Shown here: positions 13,227 through 27,900 of the stretch, in pieces | How the letters are laid out: each line of letters begins with the position of its first letter | Numbering within the stretch: position 1 is the stretch's first letter | Origin: Octopus sinensis | Taxonomy: Eukaryota | DNA: 64,000 nt | Direction: 5' to 3' | Assembly (NCBI RefSeq): GCF_006345805.1 | Contig: NW_021833032.1 | Location: 107,516-171,515 of the forward strand | Notes under the pieces: model-generated | Told to the model about the DNA's origin: nothing | The model's input: only the letters and a program-made list of their open reading frames with translations | Databases searched by the model: none | Made by a program: the position numbers and the translations under genes

Positions 13227-16200
13227 CTGTGTGTCTGTGTGTAGTTTCTCCTGATGACCCCACAAGCCTGCTAGTTTCCAGTATTATCAGTGTCTTTTTC
13301 CGAACCGCTAGGTTATGGCGAGGTAAACACAGCAACATCAGTTGCCAGAAAATTTTAATGACATTCATAGATTTTATAAAGGAGTTCATTCTACAAAAAC
13401 ATAAATCACCAGTTTAGCATTATTTCCCTTTATTTGAGTTGTTCCACAATTTTCGCGCTTTTTGTGAGAGCAAAATACAAATAGAAAAGACCATCAAATA
13501 GCTTCCATAGTATTCTTCGTTGAATTTCTAACAACTGAAATAATTGTAAATGAAAGTCGTAACATGCTCTTATAGTCTTCATTAATAATTTTCTTTAAAT
13601 ATCTCACATGTATTGATTCCAACCTTAACACTTTTACATTTGGTTTACACCACAAAGTGTTTATTTCCTCTTATTCTTATACATTACATATTTGGTTCCT
13701 AATACGAATATTTTTGTATTGTATAGATTACTCGTTATTTCAACGCAATTTGCAGTGTCAAACATGTTCAGCTTTTACGTGCAAGGAATCAGAAATGACA
13801 AACTGTATAGGCGATGAGGTAAGCTGAAATGTTACATTCTTCTTTTTAATATACACTTAACCCTCACTTAAAGCCAATATGGCTACGTAACCTGTCCCAA
13901 GATTTAGCAAGTTGTTATAGGTGCCCATGAAATCGTAAGTAGATACATACATCCTCTCAGTCTTTCCATCCTTGAATCAGCAGAACATAGATTAGTGGAA
14001 TGTGTGAACATACGTGTCTTGGAGTCAGCTTGGAAGCTTGTTCAGGGACCTCCGATCGCATGACTTATGAGATATTCCTGTATCTTAGAATTTTCGTTTG
14101 AACGATGGCTATGTTATCAGGCAAGTCACTGATTTCAAAGTACGGGCAGTTATTCTCCACATCTGTGCTACCAGATGCTCCACAACGATGTTCTGAAAGC
14201 AATGCATTCGTACAGTGAAGGTGGTATTCCCAGTTTAGTAGTTGTGTGATACCTCTGTGTGAAGGGGGATCGATTTCTCAGGGCATCAGAAAGTTTTCCT
14301 AGGGAACCCTCGATCTCAATTAGGTGAATTTGAAACTGCACTTTATACACAAGGCTGTGTGAGAGTAATGCAAAGAAGGGGCTACAGAGAACATCGAAAT
14401 CCTGCTTTAACGGTTCCAGGGGTCTATAGATTTACGACTGGATTTTACTGATGTAACTGTACAGACTCGGAGCATCCCAGATTGGTCATCTTAATCGGAT
14501 CTTGAAAGAGTGTTAGGCCAGCAGATAAGGATAGTGTAGGATACCCTTAGTTTGAAGTGGAAGTTGGACGTGTGTCTTCGAACTTGCAAAGATTACAGGG
14601 GTTACACTAATAAATTTGTGAAGCAATACAATAGTTGAAAGGGATTATCATCCACGACCAGTGGTAGTGCGTCCTTAAAGGGACGAAGAGGACATTTAAG
14701 TTAAAGAGCGTTTAGCGAAGTGCTATCGATAGGGTCCACGCAGAGATATGAAGCTTTCCCACAGCATTTCGTTCATCTGTTCGGGACAGGCAATGGATCG
14801 GAGACAGTAGTGTTCTGCAGTACTTATATCGATGGACTATCGGCAGATGTGAAATGTAGCGAGAAGCCGATTACATCATTTGAAATATTGAGAGCAATAG
14901 ACTCTTGCACAAGGCGTAAATAGTCCAGTTTGGATGGTCTGCCTTTCAGGTTTTAGTAATACATGCCAGACGAAATCATTCTGCAGTCACTCGTTCAATG
15001 TCCGGATATTGCTGATTTGTGGAGTTATGATAAACAACTCCTGTCTGATGGGGGACGGTTCTGGCTATCAACCGAGTACAGCATGATGAATGCTCCGCCA
15101 CCAAACTTTAATCAGAGTAGGGAAAGTAGTTTTCCTCTGTCTGGTGACTATAACGAAGGAGGTTGAGTGTAAGATGTAAGTTATGAGTTCTAAGACATTC
15201 CTCTTTTGGTCGACGCCTCATTGACCTCTTCAAGATTCAATTACGAAATAAATTGTGTGTGGAGAGGAAGGTGCTGTCCATAAGTGAATTTATTGAAAGG
15301 TTGGTGAAAACGGTTGACGTTGCAAGAGCGAATGGCACTGCTCTAAACGTATAGACCCGTGTGACGGAAGAAAATTAATTGGAGAGGGCAGTTGCCCTTA
15401 ATATTCAGGGTGAGGTTGGATGGTGGGGTTCTTCGATTGGTTCCAGAGGTCCTCCTTCATTACGAGGATCACATCACCATCGTCTTTAAACTCGTATGCC
15501 ATTCTCTTTTATATTGTATACCGTGCATGCTTATTTGCATATATTTACGATTCCATTCTATGAGCATCCACACACTTTATGTCTTTATTTGTATTGGTCA
15601 CTCATCAGTCGCCCATTACCAAAATACAAAAATGATTATTACAATCATTATTATTGGGATAAATCCAACTTTACCAGAAATAATTACTTCACGTTTTTTT
15701 TAAAGTTTATAAATTATTAAGACGTCAGCAACATAGAATTTTCGCTGAAAACAATAAAGTTTCTAAAACGGGTAGAGAGATGCGAAGGATTGCCTTGGTC
15801 TGATGTTACAACACCAATCATGATAACAGGAGATGTGGGTTCGAATTCCGCAGGTAGCCTCCGACACCATTTTTATCCAAAGGGTTTTCTAAACCAATAT
15901 TAATACTCTATTATTTATAGCTTGCCTAATTCAAGATTCATCGTTTCAAGAAAGAATTATCAAGAAGTGTGATGTTTTTCAGTGATTCTTCATGATCTGG
16001 GATATTTTCTCTCCAACTTTTATGCGAATATTGTGTATCTTCATTTTATTGCAATAGAATATGCATGCCGAGGAGAAGCATATACTACACCTTTTTTTCC
16101 CCAAAACCTAAGTGTTTAAGTCCAGCCCTTTTTTTGATTATCCTTATTTACGGCAGTTACCGCTGCGCTTGTTTCTGTTGTTGCTGAGGTTCACACCTAA

Positions 16201-18266
16201 GATATTTCGTACACTTTCTATGAAGACTTCACTGTGCAATACGCAAAAAGTATCGGTTAAATGATAAGGTTTTCAATGGAATTTATCATTTCTTTTTTTC
16301 TGCGTTTGGGAATGGGTGACAGAGCGGTGTTGATATGGTTTCGTTACGTATCTCCAAAGTATATCACACATCATTTACAAGCGATAAATATAAGTAAAAT
16401 CTCCAGAACATTGCTTATGCAGTTGTCTTTCAAGACTTGATCAGTTTGTATCGATCCGATCCAATTCGTTGCTTTTCGATAAGTTTTTGAATTATCATTC
16501 ATTTAACTTTCGCGCATTCTAAATATTCCCTATGCTGTTGCTGTTGCTTGCAGCAGCAGTAGTAGTAGTATCATCATCAACAGAAGTAGTAGTAGTATAT
16601 GATTTTTGTATTTATTGCAACAGCCTGTATGTGAAAATAAGATAACGATGAAGGGTGTTACACTGGAGTTTGAAAAATCCTGCAGCACATACAGAAAATG
16701 TATTGCAGCTCTGAGAAACAATCCCTTTACATGCAATAACTGGACCAGTGGCGCTTCTTGTGTTAGTTGTTGCACCGGAAACTTATGTAACGGGAACCAT
16801 TCCATTGGTAAGCGATGTTTATTTTATAATATAAGTTAACCTGATTTATTAGACGTGAGTGCTTAATAAGAAAATTGTATAATAGTTAATATATGAAAAG
16901 GTATAATTGCCGTAATCAGTTTTCAAAATTTATTGCGTTCCCATTAAAGGTGCGTACATCACTCGACCAATCCCAGAGAAACAAGTAACACAGCTGTTTA
17001 TATAAACAACAGTTCTTGTAACTTCAGACACCTGGAGACACTAATTTGTATATTATTACTATACAACACTTTATTTAAAATCGGACATTCTGTCAACAAA
17101 AATGTCAGTCGACAATGCACACACACATACACGCACGCACACACACGCATACACACACGCACACATAACACACACTCACACATATACACGTATATATATT
17201 TATGTGTGTGTGCGTTTTAGTTGATGTGTCGGCTGCGTTTCAGGTTTAGGAGAATATATTCTTAAAAACACCTGAACGTAAGTTAGAGGGAAGTGAAGCA
17301 ACTTACATCAAGTCCCCTTTTCTGAGTGACAGACTATGATGCATGGTCATTGTTGTGACTTTCAATGTCACGTACCGAACAAGATCTGCTGCAAGTTATA
17401 TCACTGACTATAACTATATGTTAAATGGCTTAAACTCTAATCCATAATTGAATCCTTTTCCGTGGTATCAAATACTGGGAAATGCCAATAGAGGATATTA
17501 ATCTTTATATGAAACAGAATATTCAAAAATGAAATAGAAGCAGCACTCGTGTTATAAGCTTCATCGATCACATACTTAATGTGTTATGTGTTTGAAGGTA
17601 GACTGCGATTCAACGAAGCGGGTATCATCCTGTCAAATTACAAGTTGTTAAGCATCGACGCCCATCCCCACTGAATGGAATTTGGGGCGTGTTGTCTAGC
17701 CTGTCCATGACTTTCAGGTGCTTAAAAAAACCCGGTGGTTTGTAGTAGTAATACACATCACGCTGTTTCGGAGCCTACTATGCAACAAATCGTCTTCCTT
17801 AGTCGAAGATATATGTAATTTAGAGATGTTTCGGCCAAAGATGGGTCCAGGTCATGTCTAACTTAATAGTACAGCCTAATGGGATTTGCTAAATCCTTCT
17901 TATATGTCATATTTTGTGGTATCATGGCCCATTCGAGTAAGGAGTTCTTGTTGATTTATTTGTATCCAGGAATATGTGGTTTACTGACATCCCTTGAAGA
18001 AATTCCTCTAGATTCCCTTCAAATGTTATGGGGTCCTTTCTCTCATTGATCTGTTTTGAGACAATGTTAAATAGGGCAGGGCATGTTGAGGAAAAGAATT
18101 TGTGTGGCTGTGTTTGTGTTTTGTGATTCTGAATTGTGTATGGCCAAAGGTCCTAACCTTGGATGGATTCTGAAACTAAATTTGAGGTCGTTGGGGGAAT
18201 GCTGATGGAATATTCTCTATATCGTTCAAATGATATATTGCTCACGGCGGCGCTGGAGATAATAGA

Positions 18267-18325
<59 letters not shown>

Positions 18326-19115
18326 TGTGTGTGTGTGTGTGTGTGCGTTTGCGTATTAAAAATGTAGCATATGATAAACAAGACGAAAATAGAGAGTATA
18401 TACATATAATCTAATTTATTAACTTATAGATAATTAACTTATAGATAATCAGTTTTACTCAATACCGATTACAAATTTATAAAAATTAAATGAAATTTGC
18501 AGTTAGAATATTATATGAGCAAACTCTCAACCGGGCTAATTGACATAAAAAGATTAGATGTTGTTTCATTGAGATTTTAAACCCAACTGAACCAAGTAAA
18601 AATAAATAAGACAATTTATCCTTTATAAATGTGTACGTGTATAGATTTTACTACATCTGTTGTGTGTGTCTTGTTCCTAATCTCAATGATACCCTTCTAT
18701 TTTTCTATCCTCCCATAGGCTGGACCAATTTCTTTCTGTTTCATCTAATTTACAATTCAACATTAAAAACTCCAGCGAATACAAACCATCTGCTGTAAAC
18801 GTATCTAGAGCCGTGAGTATCTATTAATTCCCTGGCGCTGTTTGTCTCTCTGCTTCACTCTCTTCACAGACTTACTCATACGTATACGTGTGTATATATT
18901 TATTCACTCTCTGTGTTTATTTCCTCGTTCTGTTGAAGAGCGTAGGCTCGAAACATAAAAGACTTCCTCATCTTCCCGAGCGATAAACTGATACACCAGT
19001 TTGTTGTTTATACACCTGTCTTCGTCTTTTGTTTTTCTGTAAATTTCAACTCTATATGTATATATATATATACATCAACACTGACACACACACACATACA
19101 TACATGTATACATAC

Positions 19116-19159
<44 letters not shown>

Positions 19160-19456
19160 CAGCGTTTATCAATTGAACATGGACAATTAAATTACACCAG
19201 AAAATTACATATAATAGAAATATTAAAAATAAAATAACAATAATTTACCGATGATTACATAAATTGCAAAATAATAATAAAAACGTATATATTTGGTAGA
19301 ATAACGACGCGTGTTTCGTGGCTATATTTAAGAAATGATTACAGTAAAATAATTAATAGTAGTATTAAAATCACTTCGATATAAATATAGCCAATCATCA
19401 GGTTAAAATAAACTACAATAATAAAATAATTAATAAATATACGTAAAATATATTTT

Positions 19457-19494
<38 letters not shown>

Positions 19495-20657
19495 AATACT
19501 AAATATAGATTAAGTGAAAATTAAAAAGAATACTTAAATTATACAATACTTGAAAGTTAATTAATATACACAATGCTAGTACAAGCCATTAATATTGTAA
19601 TCAAAATAAGAAATCGTTCAAATATAGACAAACTCATTAAATAAGCTAAATATATAATTAATATATATATATATGAGTAGTATATAAAGATTTAATATAT
19701 CACTCAATAATATAGTTGACTAAATATCAATTAATATAATACCTAATTATCTTAAATTTAATATTACTTAATAAATATACCACCTAATTATTAAATAATA
19801 TATTGTCGAACAAATTTAATTCTCAAATTAAATTAAATGTAATACGTTAGATCCCTTTATAAAATAAAATAAATCTTTCTAAATAAATAGATATAATAAT
19901 TAATATCTTGTTTAACTTATAACTATCAATATATATAAAAATGATATAATGGCGAAACATTTAAGCCCCATAAATTAAAGAAAGATGCAAAAATATTAGA
20001 ACAAATGAACAATACACTATGAAGATATTCAACCACAACCGCCACTTTTCTACAAATCCACTCAATAACAATAAGAAGAAGAACGATCAAACTCAAAATA
20101 ATACAAGATCCAAAAGATATTGATAAACAAACTATATGACGAAGTTCAACGATTAAATTAATCTGGATTTTAAATGTATAAAATGTATAAAAATATGTTG
20201 TAGGGTCTTATTACCTAATGCTATTACTAGTCATGAATAATACAATCAAAAATAGGAAATATTACAAATATACACAAATCCATTATATAAACTATTTTAT
20301 TAATATCTATGTGTAATACCTTTAGATTTAATATTTCACACATTAATAAATTTAAAAATAATATTAATTAAAATAAAGACTAATTTACTTAAATGTAATA
20401 CTCCTTAATAAAAATATTACCTAATTATTAAAACAATTATAGTGTAACGAAACTAATTCTAAATTTTGCAATTTACTTAATCATCGGCATATTATTGTAA
20501 TTTTATTTTTAATATTTCTATTATATGTAATTTTCTAGATGGTGTAATTTAATTGTTCATTTTGAATTGATAAAAGGTGTTTTTTCTAATTTTATACATA
20601 TATATTGTATTTTGTTAAATTTGATTTAGTATTTCAAAAATTGCATTTTTCCCTACA

Positions 20658-20693
<36 letters not shown>

Positions 20694-23660
20694 TGTATGT
20701 ATGTATGTATGTATGTATGTATGTATGTATGTATGTGTATATATGTATGTGTGTGCGTGTGCATGTGTGTGTGTATGTGTGTGTATGAGTAGCTATTTAT
20801 TCTGTCTGAAGAAACACGTGCTGTCCAATTTAGAAATCAGTAGTTCTCTAATTCTTTTCAGAAAATAAATGAATTTAGATTTGATGAGATTTAGTGTTAG
20901 TAAAGGAATGGGATAATGTAAGAGATTTGTATTTATCTATTATATAACGAATCTGGTTTGGGGAAAAAAGCATACGACGCACTACTATTTCTATTACACA
21001 AGACTCAATGCTCTATATTAAAGGCTCACGATGAACTGCTACCAACAGGAATTGCCAATCACTCACAGCTCTTTAATTTATGACAATGAGTCAGTCTACA
21101 TTTACATACTTGGGGTGGGGTCGGAATTCTTTCATGACATATTCGGTTTTTAGAATCAGTCTCTCATTTCTTCTCCTTTTTTAAGAATTGAACTCTGATG
21201 CGAGTTTTGATATCTCTTAAGTTTAGGGTTCAGCTGTAGTGTTTTCAATCTGTTCCGTTTTCTGCTACTAGAACGTGTAGTTACAAATTGTTTTGGTATT
21301 GGTACCTCAAACGTGACATACAATACATCCATCGGTATTTCATTTCATTTCTCGTTACTGTTTTATCCGGGCGTTTTTTCTTCTTAGGCTGGTTAAAATG
21401 TTTTTGTATTGGAAATTGTTTATTAACAGGAATATCATTCTTCCAAATTGTTTAATAATCACACCGTCGTCCAGCTTTCTTTTCCATATCTGTAGGTTTG
21501 AAAATAACTTTGTCACCTAACTTTCTAAGTATTTTTGTTGTTCGCCACTTTTTATTTTCACTCAGTATCAACTTATGGAAAACAGATCTGACCATTCTAG
21601 CAAACATCAATTCTGCAGGTGACATTCCCGACGGTGTATTCAGATTAGGTTTTACTCGATATACTCTTAGAAATGGTTGGAGTGCAAAATCTTCTGTCAT
21701 TTCATTGTTCGCCTTTTTGAATGTCTTCTTGAAAGTTTTAGCAAAATGCTCCACTTGTCCATTTGACCTGGGATGATAGGACGAAGTAGTTTACGTAAAA
21801 CAGAAGAATAAGAAACTAAGAGTTTGCGCAGATTTTTCAACTGCGTGTAATGATTGTGAAGTTGCACATAACTACCAGTCTGGAGGGAGTGTTTGCAAAC
21901 TTCAAATGACCGATGTTCCACTCTAAACTGGATCTCTGGGAGGTGAATATATAAATATAAGTAGCGGTGGAATGCACACACTTATTAACAATTAACACAC
22001 ATCGTGGCTTATCTAACTTTAAGCGACTTCCTTCCGGCGTTAAATTGGCTCCTGCTATATTTCAGCAAATGTTTGATGCAATACTTTGTGATGATTTTTC
22101 TTTGATTTTTTTTTCTGTTTGCTAATTTTTTCTTTCATAATTCTTTTTTCGTATCTTTTCCATTTGAACGGCACATGTCAACACAATTTCTAGTTAACTA
22201 GATGATTTTAATAAAGAGCGAAACTCGGGAACAACTGTTTGAACACGTGAAAAGAGTATTTGAGAATATAAGAGAATATGGATTCAAGTTAACGGAGGAA
22301 AATGTGATTTTTTTAATAAATCAAATATAGGCGCAGGAGTGGCTGTGTGGTAAGTATTTTGCTTACCAACCACATGCTTCCGGGTTCAGTCCCACTGCAT
22401 GGCACCTTGGCTAAGTGCCTTCTACTATAATAGCCTCAGGCCGACCATAGCCTTGTTAGTGGTAGGCGGAAACTGAAAGAAGCCCGTCGTATAACCGTGA
22501 GCGTATAATGTATATGATATAGAAAAATATGTAACACGAATACGAGGTAAACAATTTGTAAGGTTTACACTAAGGAAAGAGAAATAAATAACAGGAAAAT
22601 GGGAGGAACATGTTGAGAGAAAAATACGTTGGAATGTTGGACTACATCTCCGCTAGGTTTTCTTATTCGTTCATCTTACGATGTCTTGCCATCGCCTACA
22701 AACCTAGTAAGAAGGAACGTCTCAGAAAATGATATATGCAAATACGGAAAAGATGGAACCCTGAAACATATTCTTTCCAATTCTTCATTGGCATTCAACA
22801 GATATAAATGGGGACATAAACTGCTCCTGAAGTTTATCTTCAATGCTATAAAGAAGCAAATTGTTCAAATCAACAGTGGAAGAAAATCATTGAAAAACTA
22901 ACCAGAGATTTCATTACCTTTGTGCTCTCAGGACAGCCGATCCGTTTCAAGAAAATTCCTGTGAGCAATGAAAATGGCACGGCTAATGGAAGGTGGCTGT
23001 AGATTTATCAGGGTGCCAAGGATTCTCTCCCAACACAGTTACGGAAAAGAAAATGGATATCATAATGCGGTATGAAAAAAATAAAGTGGAGAATCTAGTC
23101 GAGTTAACGGTTCTTCGCGAAGATAACACGGACGCCGCTCGGGCTCGAAAGACTGACCGTTGTGTAAACCTCCTCAACGAATGTGAAGATGGAGGCTGGA
23201 AAACTGAGCATTTTCCAATTGAAGTCGGATTTAGACGATTCCTTGAACGCAGTGCCAGGTGTCTCTTGTTATCGTTAAAGCAAACTCGTCATAAAGTAAA
23301 TACCACCATGAACGACATCGAAACTACAGTGGATTTGGTTAAAAAGAGACGATGGCTAGAAGAATATTGAGCTATCTTTGATAACCAGATCATCTAGCCA
23401 GCGGGGCTCATGTCAGTGCGTGGTGGTGCGCAATGATGTCGACAGGTAGGCCTCGAAACGGCGCGCATTCTCTCCTGATGACGCATACACTTGCTGGCTT
23501 CTGGTTCGCATAACTTTCGACTGGTAGCATTTGCATCTGCAAATTGTTTGTAAAACGTCTTCCTATATGGTGAGCTGTATTTTTACCTCATAATTTTCTT
23601 CTACATTTATTTGCAGCAGTACACACATAAATACATACAAATATGTGTATGTTTGTGTGT

Positions 23661-23739
<79 letters not shown>

Positions 23740-26526
23740 GTAGGTATATAATACTTTCTTCTATCTATTCATACATTTCTACACATCTGAGTATGTGCAT
23801 ATAAATATTTATGCATGTGTGAATATACTCAGAGCGAATAGAAAAGAAAATGTAGTAAGAAAATGACACTTAAGCAATGAACTCCATTTACTAATATTAA
23901 CCCACCTCAAAGTGAGATGATGTCCTGTGATATTTTCGTTGGAAATGTGAGCTTTGATTCATGAGCACTATCTTTTGAATTTTTGTCATTCTGAGGTTTC
24001 CTGGTATCTCAGCTGGGTAGCAATCAGCCCTTTTTGCAATCATTCCCAGGGCACTTATGTCAAGAGGTATTGTTTTAGTCTTCAGGTTCCATATTTTGCT
24101 ACTTTCTATTTCAAAATCTTTATACTTGGTCAGTTTCTGGTAGGTCTTGAAAGATACGTTTATATTAATTGTGACAGTCGTATCAATGAGGAGGCATGAT
24201 TTTTGTCTGAAGTCTTTCAATATAATGTCTGGCCTATTTGCTTCTATATTTCTGACATCTTGAATGAAGAAATTACTCCAGATGAGTGAGATGTGATCAT
24301 TTTCAAGCACTGGCGGTGATTTGTGTTCCCACCGGTATTTATTATGGGGCAAGTCCAGGTTTTTGCAAATTATCCAGCGAATATATTGTGCTGCTCTATC
24401 ATGCCTGTTGCACATGGAGACAAAATGATCAATGGTTTCATTTTGTTGTTGACATACACGACATGTTGGGCTACTGCCGTTCTCTAATATGTTGACCTGA
24501 TAGTTCCTTTGTAGGTAGGAATTGATCTCGGGTTGCTATGAGTAACCTTTCTATTTCAGATTTTAAGCCAGAAGCCATTACCCATTGATGGGTAAGGGCT
24601 TTGCCAACATCTGCATTATTCGATCGCTTTGGGTATTTACCATTAAGAGGATTTTCGTGCCATTTATGAGTCAGAATATCTAAGGCATCAGTTTTAGCAC
24701 AGATTTTCATACGCTTAGTTTTTTCTGCGCTTCTTTCTAGTACGTCTAATTCTGGAATTTGTTGTATTTGGAATTCACTTAGATATACCTTTGCCTGTTT
24801 TGTTACTGAATATGATGCTTTCTTGTTTCCATGTTTTGAGACAAGCTTTTAACATCCAGTCCCAGAGTTTTTCAGGTAGGTGTCTAGACCAATTGTGGCA
24901 ATCTTCATTGTTAATACCAGTTGTAAAAGTCCACAGCTTCAATCTTTTCTTGGCAGACAAAGTTGTTCTATATTTGCCTTAGGGTGGTGCATTTTATGCA
25001 TTTTCAACAGTTTTTGTATTTTTCTGCCAAGATTACATTACATATTTCAGTAATAATTGACCAGTTAAGGGTATTGAAAATGTAAGTCGCGACTGCTATG
25101 GATAAATCATTGATCGCTTCGATCCTGTTTCTTGCCTTCAGCTCTGTCTTAAGCATTTCTCTCACCCTGCGATAACATTCTCTTCTGATCCTTTCCCTCG
25201 TCGCAGATTCCGTCCCTTTCAATTACCCCTAGTTGTTTGTAGCTCTTCGCTAATTGTATCTATTTTATGACATTCTGCTGGTCAAGGTTACCGTTAGATG
25301 TTTCCGTCATATTTCCTTTGATGAAGGTAGCTTTTGCACATTTATCGAGGCCAAATTTCATTCTGATGACATCACTGAATTGTTTAACAATCGCTATTAA
25401 GCCATTGAGTTGTTGGCTATTTTAGCAAAGAGCTTTAAATCAGCCATCTAAATGAGATAATTTATATTTTTATCAAACATTTTATCTCCGTACTGTGCAT
25501 CAGTGAGCAAATTTAAGAGAGGCATTAAGGCTAGACAAAAGAGGATTGGTGGAATTGAGTCACCCTGGAAAATGCCACATGAAATTCTTACATCTCTAGA
25601 ATTTAGAGATTCATTGTCACTGTTCAAAGTCAGTGTGGTTCTCATGATCTCATACTTATAGAAAAAAAGTCCGCAGAGTCGGAACTATTTTATACATTTC
25701 CATACATTTCCTAATCCATACATTTCCTAATCTTTTGTCTTTTCGAAGAAAATATTTTTCGCAGCGTTCACTATTTTCCTCTCGTCCTGGTCTAAGGACC
25801 CTCTTTGTTTGTTTTCGTTCGTTTGTTTTGTTTCCTTGTATGTCTCCACTGTTATGTTTTTGTTCCTGACTTTGGCCCTCCATAATATCCAAAAGCTTAT
25901 TTTGGAACTTATGGGAGCGACTTTCTTCGAATTCTCACATCGTCGGTGAATGAACGAAATGAGGAGTAGATAGACAGCTGACAACTGATGAAGGGTCGTC
26001 CCCTCTGCTTACTTCTCCTGTTTTCCCATTTTTGTCTCTCATTGTTTTCAACTCGTCTGCTTTTCTACTTCGTTCCTCTTCGTTATTTTCCATACTAATA
26101 ATGTATATATGACTATTGCAGATGGAGGATGAATTATCAAGCTTGACAGGAGCGTATGAGGTTGAATATTGTGGGTAAGCAAAATGGCATTTAATGTTTA
26201 TTGAAATTTTGTTATGGGTGGGATCAAAATATTCCTTTGAATATGTATTATCGTTTACAATAATGCTGTGGAACATAAATAGGAATTTATACTTTCAGTC
26301 AACTGTTCATCTGTTTTGTATAAATGGCAAATAAACTCACATATAAATTGATATATATATATAATATATATATATATATATACAAAGAAAGAGAGAAAGA
26401 GGGGTGGGGAGAGAAAGAGAGAAAGGGAGAGGGAGAGAAAGATAAAGAGACTGAACTACATATATCTTCGTTACCATCACCATCATCAGCATCATTATGA
26501 TCATCGCATTATCATCCCCGTTGTCG

Positions 26527-26574
<48 letters not shown>

Positions 26575-27387
26575 CTCTCAACAGTTATGCTGTGGTTTCT
26601 ATGGCTTTACAGAGTGTCCCATGGATAGAATACATTGAACAATGGAGAGAATCCGCCTTGCAATTTCAAAGAGTAAAGAGACTACAGGGGCTTCTATGAC
26701 TGAAGATTAATAGAAGAAAAATGTCATACTTTAAGACATGATGAAGTTTGACGAATAGAAGACATTTAAAGTAGTAAGGTGATGGTAGGAGAGAAAGAGA
26801 AAGAGGTTGGTCACTAATGTGAGAGGGAATATTGGAGTTAGAGACAGAAGGGAAGGCATTTGTGTTAGAAGTTGATATAAAGGGGCCAGAGAAAGCTGTA
26901 CAGGAGATAAGGAGGGACGCAGGGAGATGGATAAAAAAAGAGTACTTAAGTATGGTTACAGTTATCATGATAGGTCAATGTATTGTCCTACATTGTTCTA
27001 TTGTCCTACCCAGTAAAGGATGGGAAGAGTAGAGTGATAAGGAGAAATTGGGGTAACCGTTCATAGATTGCGAGCTTCATAGGTGGGGAAAAGATGAATG
27101 AATTGAGACTTAACTACCATATTTGATAAGAATATCTGGCAATACGCAATTGTGTGATCCGTTATACTTTCTAAAAGGAACTCAGAAGTTCTAGTTGTTG
27201 ATTTCCTTGTAACAACTAGATACATATTTTGTATGTAGATAAGACATTCCTTAAAATAATATGAGTCCTTTCTTCCCTAGAACCGTAATTTCTCCCGATG
27301 AAGCACACAAAAAATTTGTCAGATTGTTGAAACTTATCTTCATTTAAGATAATATATACATTATAATACTACCTCTATCGCTAATAC

Positions 27388-27418
<31 letters not shown>

Positions 27419-27440
27419 ATTATATATATATAATATATAT

Positions 27441-27472
<32 letters not shown>

Positions 27473-27615
27473 ATATATATAATATATATATATTATATAT
27501 ATATATATATTATATATATTATATATATATAATATATATATATACATATAAATATATATATATATATATATATAATATATATATATATATATAATATAAT
27601 ATATATATACATATA

Positions 27616-27664
<49 letters not shown>

Positions 27665-27853
27665 ATATATATATTATATACATATATATATATACATATA
27701 TATTATATATATTATATATATAGATAGATATATTATATATATATAGATAGATAGATAGATAGATAGATATAGATATATATATACATATATATTATATATT
27801 TTATATATAGATAGATATATTATATATATATTATATATATATATATTATATAT

Positions 27854-27900
<47 letters not shown>

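Noticed and set aside
16950-17103. AG...GT-bounded segment with phase 1 to 2 that would feed the alternative LDQFLSVSS frame of exon 18719
   Set aside because: It contains two in-frame TAA stops, and that model then leaves a phase mismatch with exon 33168.
23420-23485. TGATG...GAAACG...CTGATGA motifs at the 3' end of the HERO-like fragment
   Set aside because: I could not fold them into a hammerhead with an intact core and NUH triplet.
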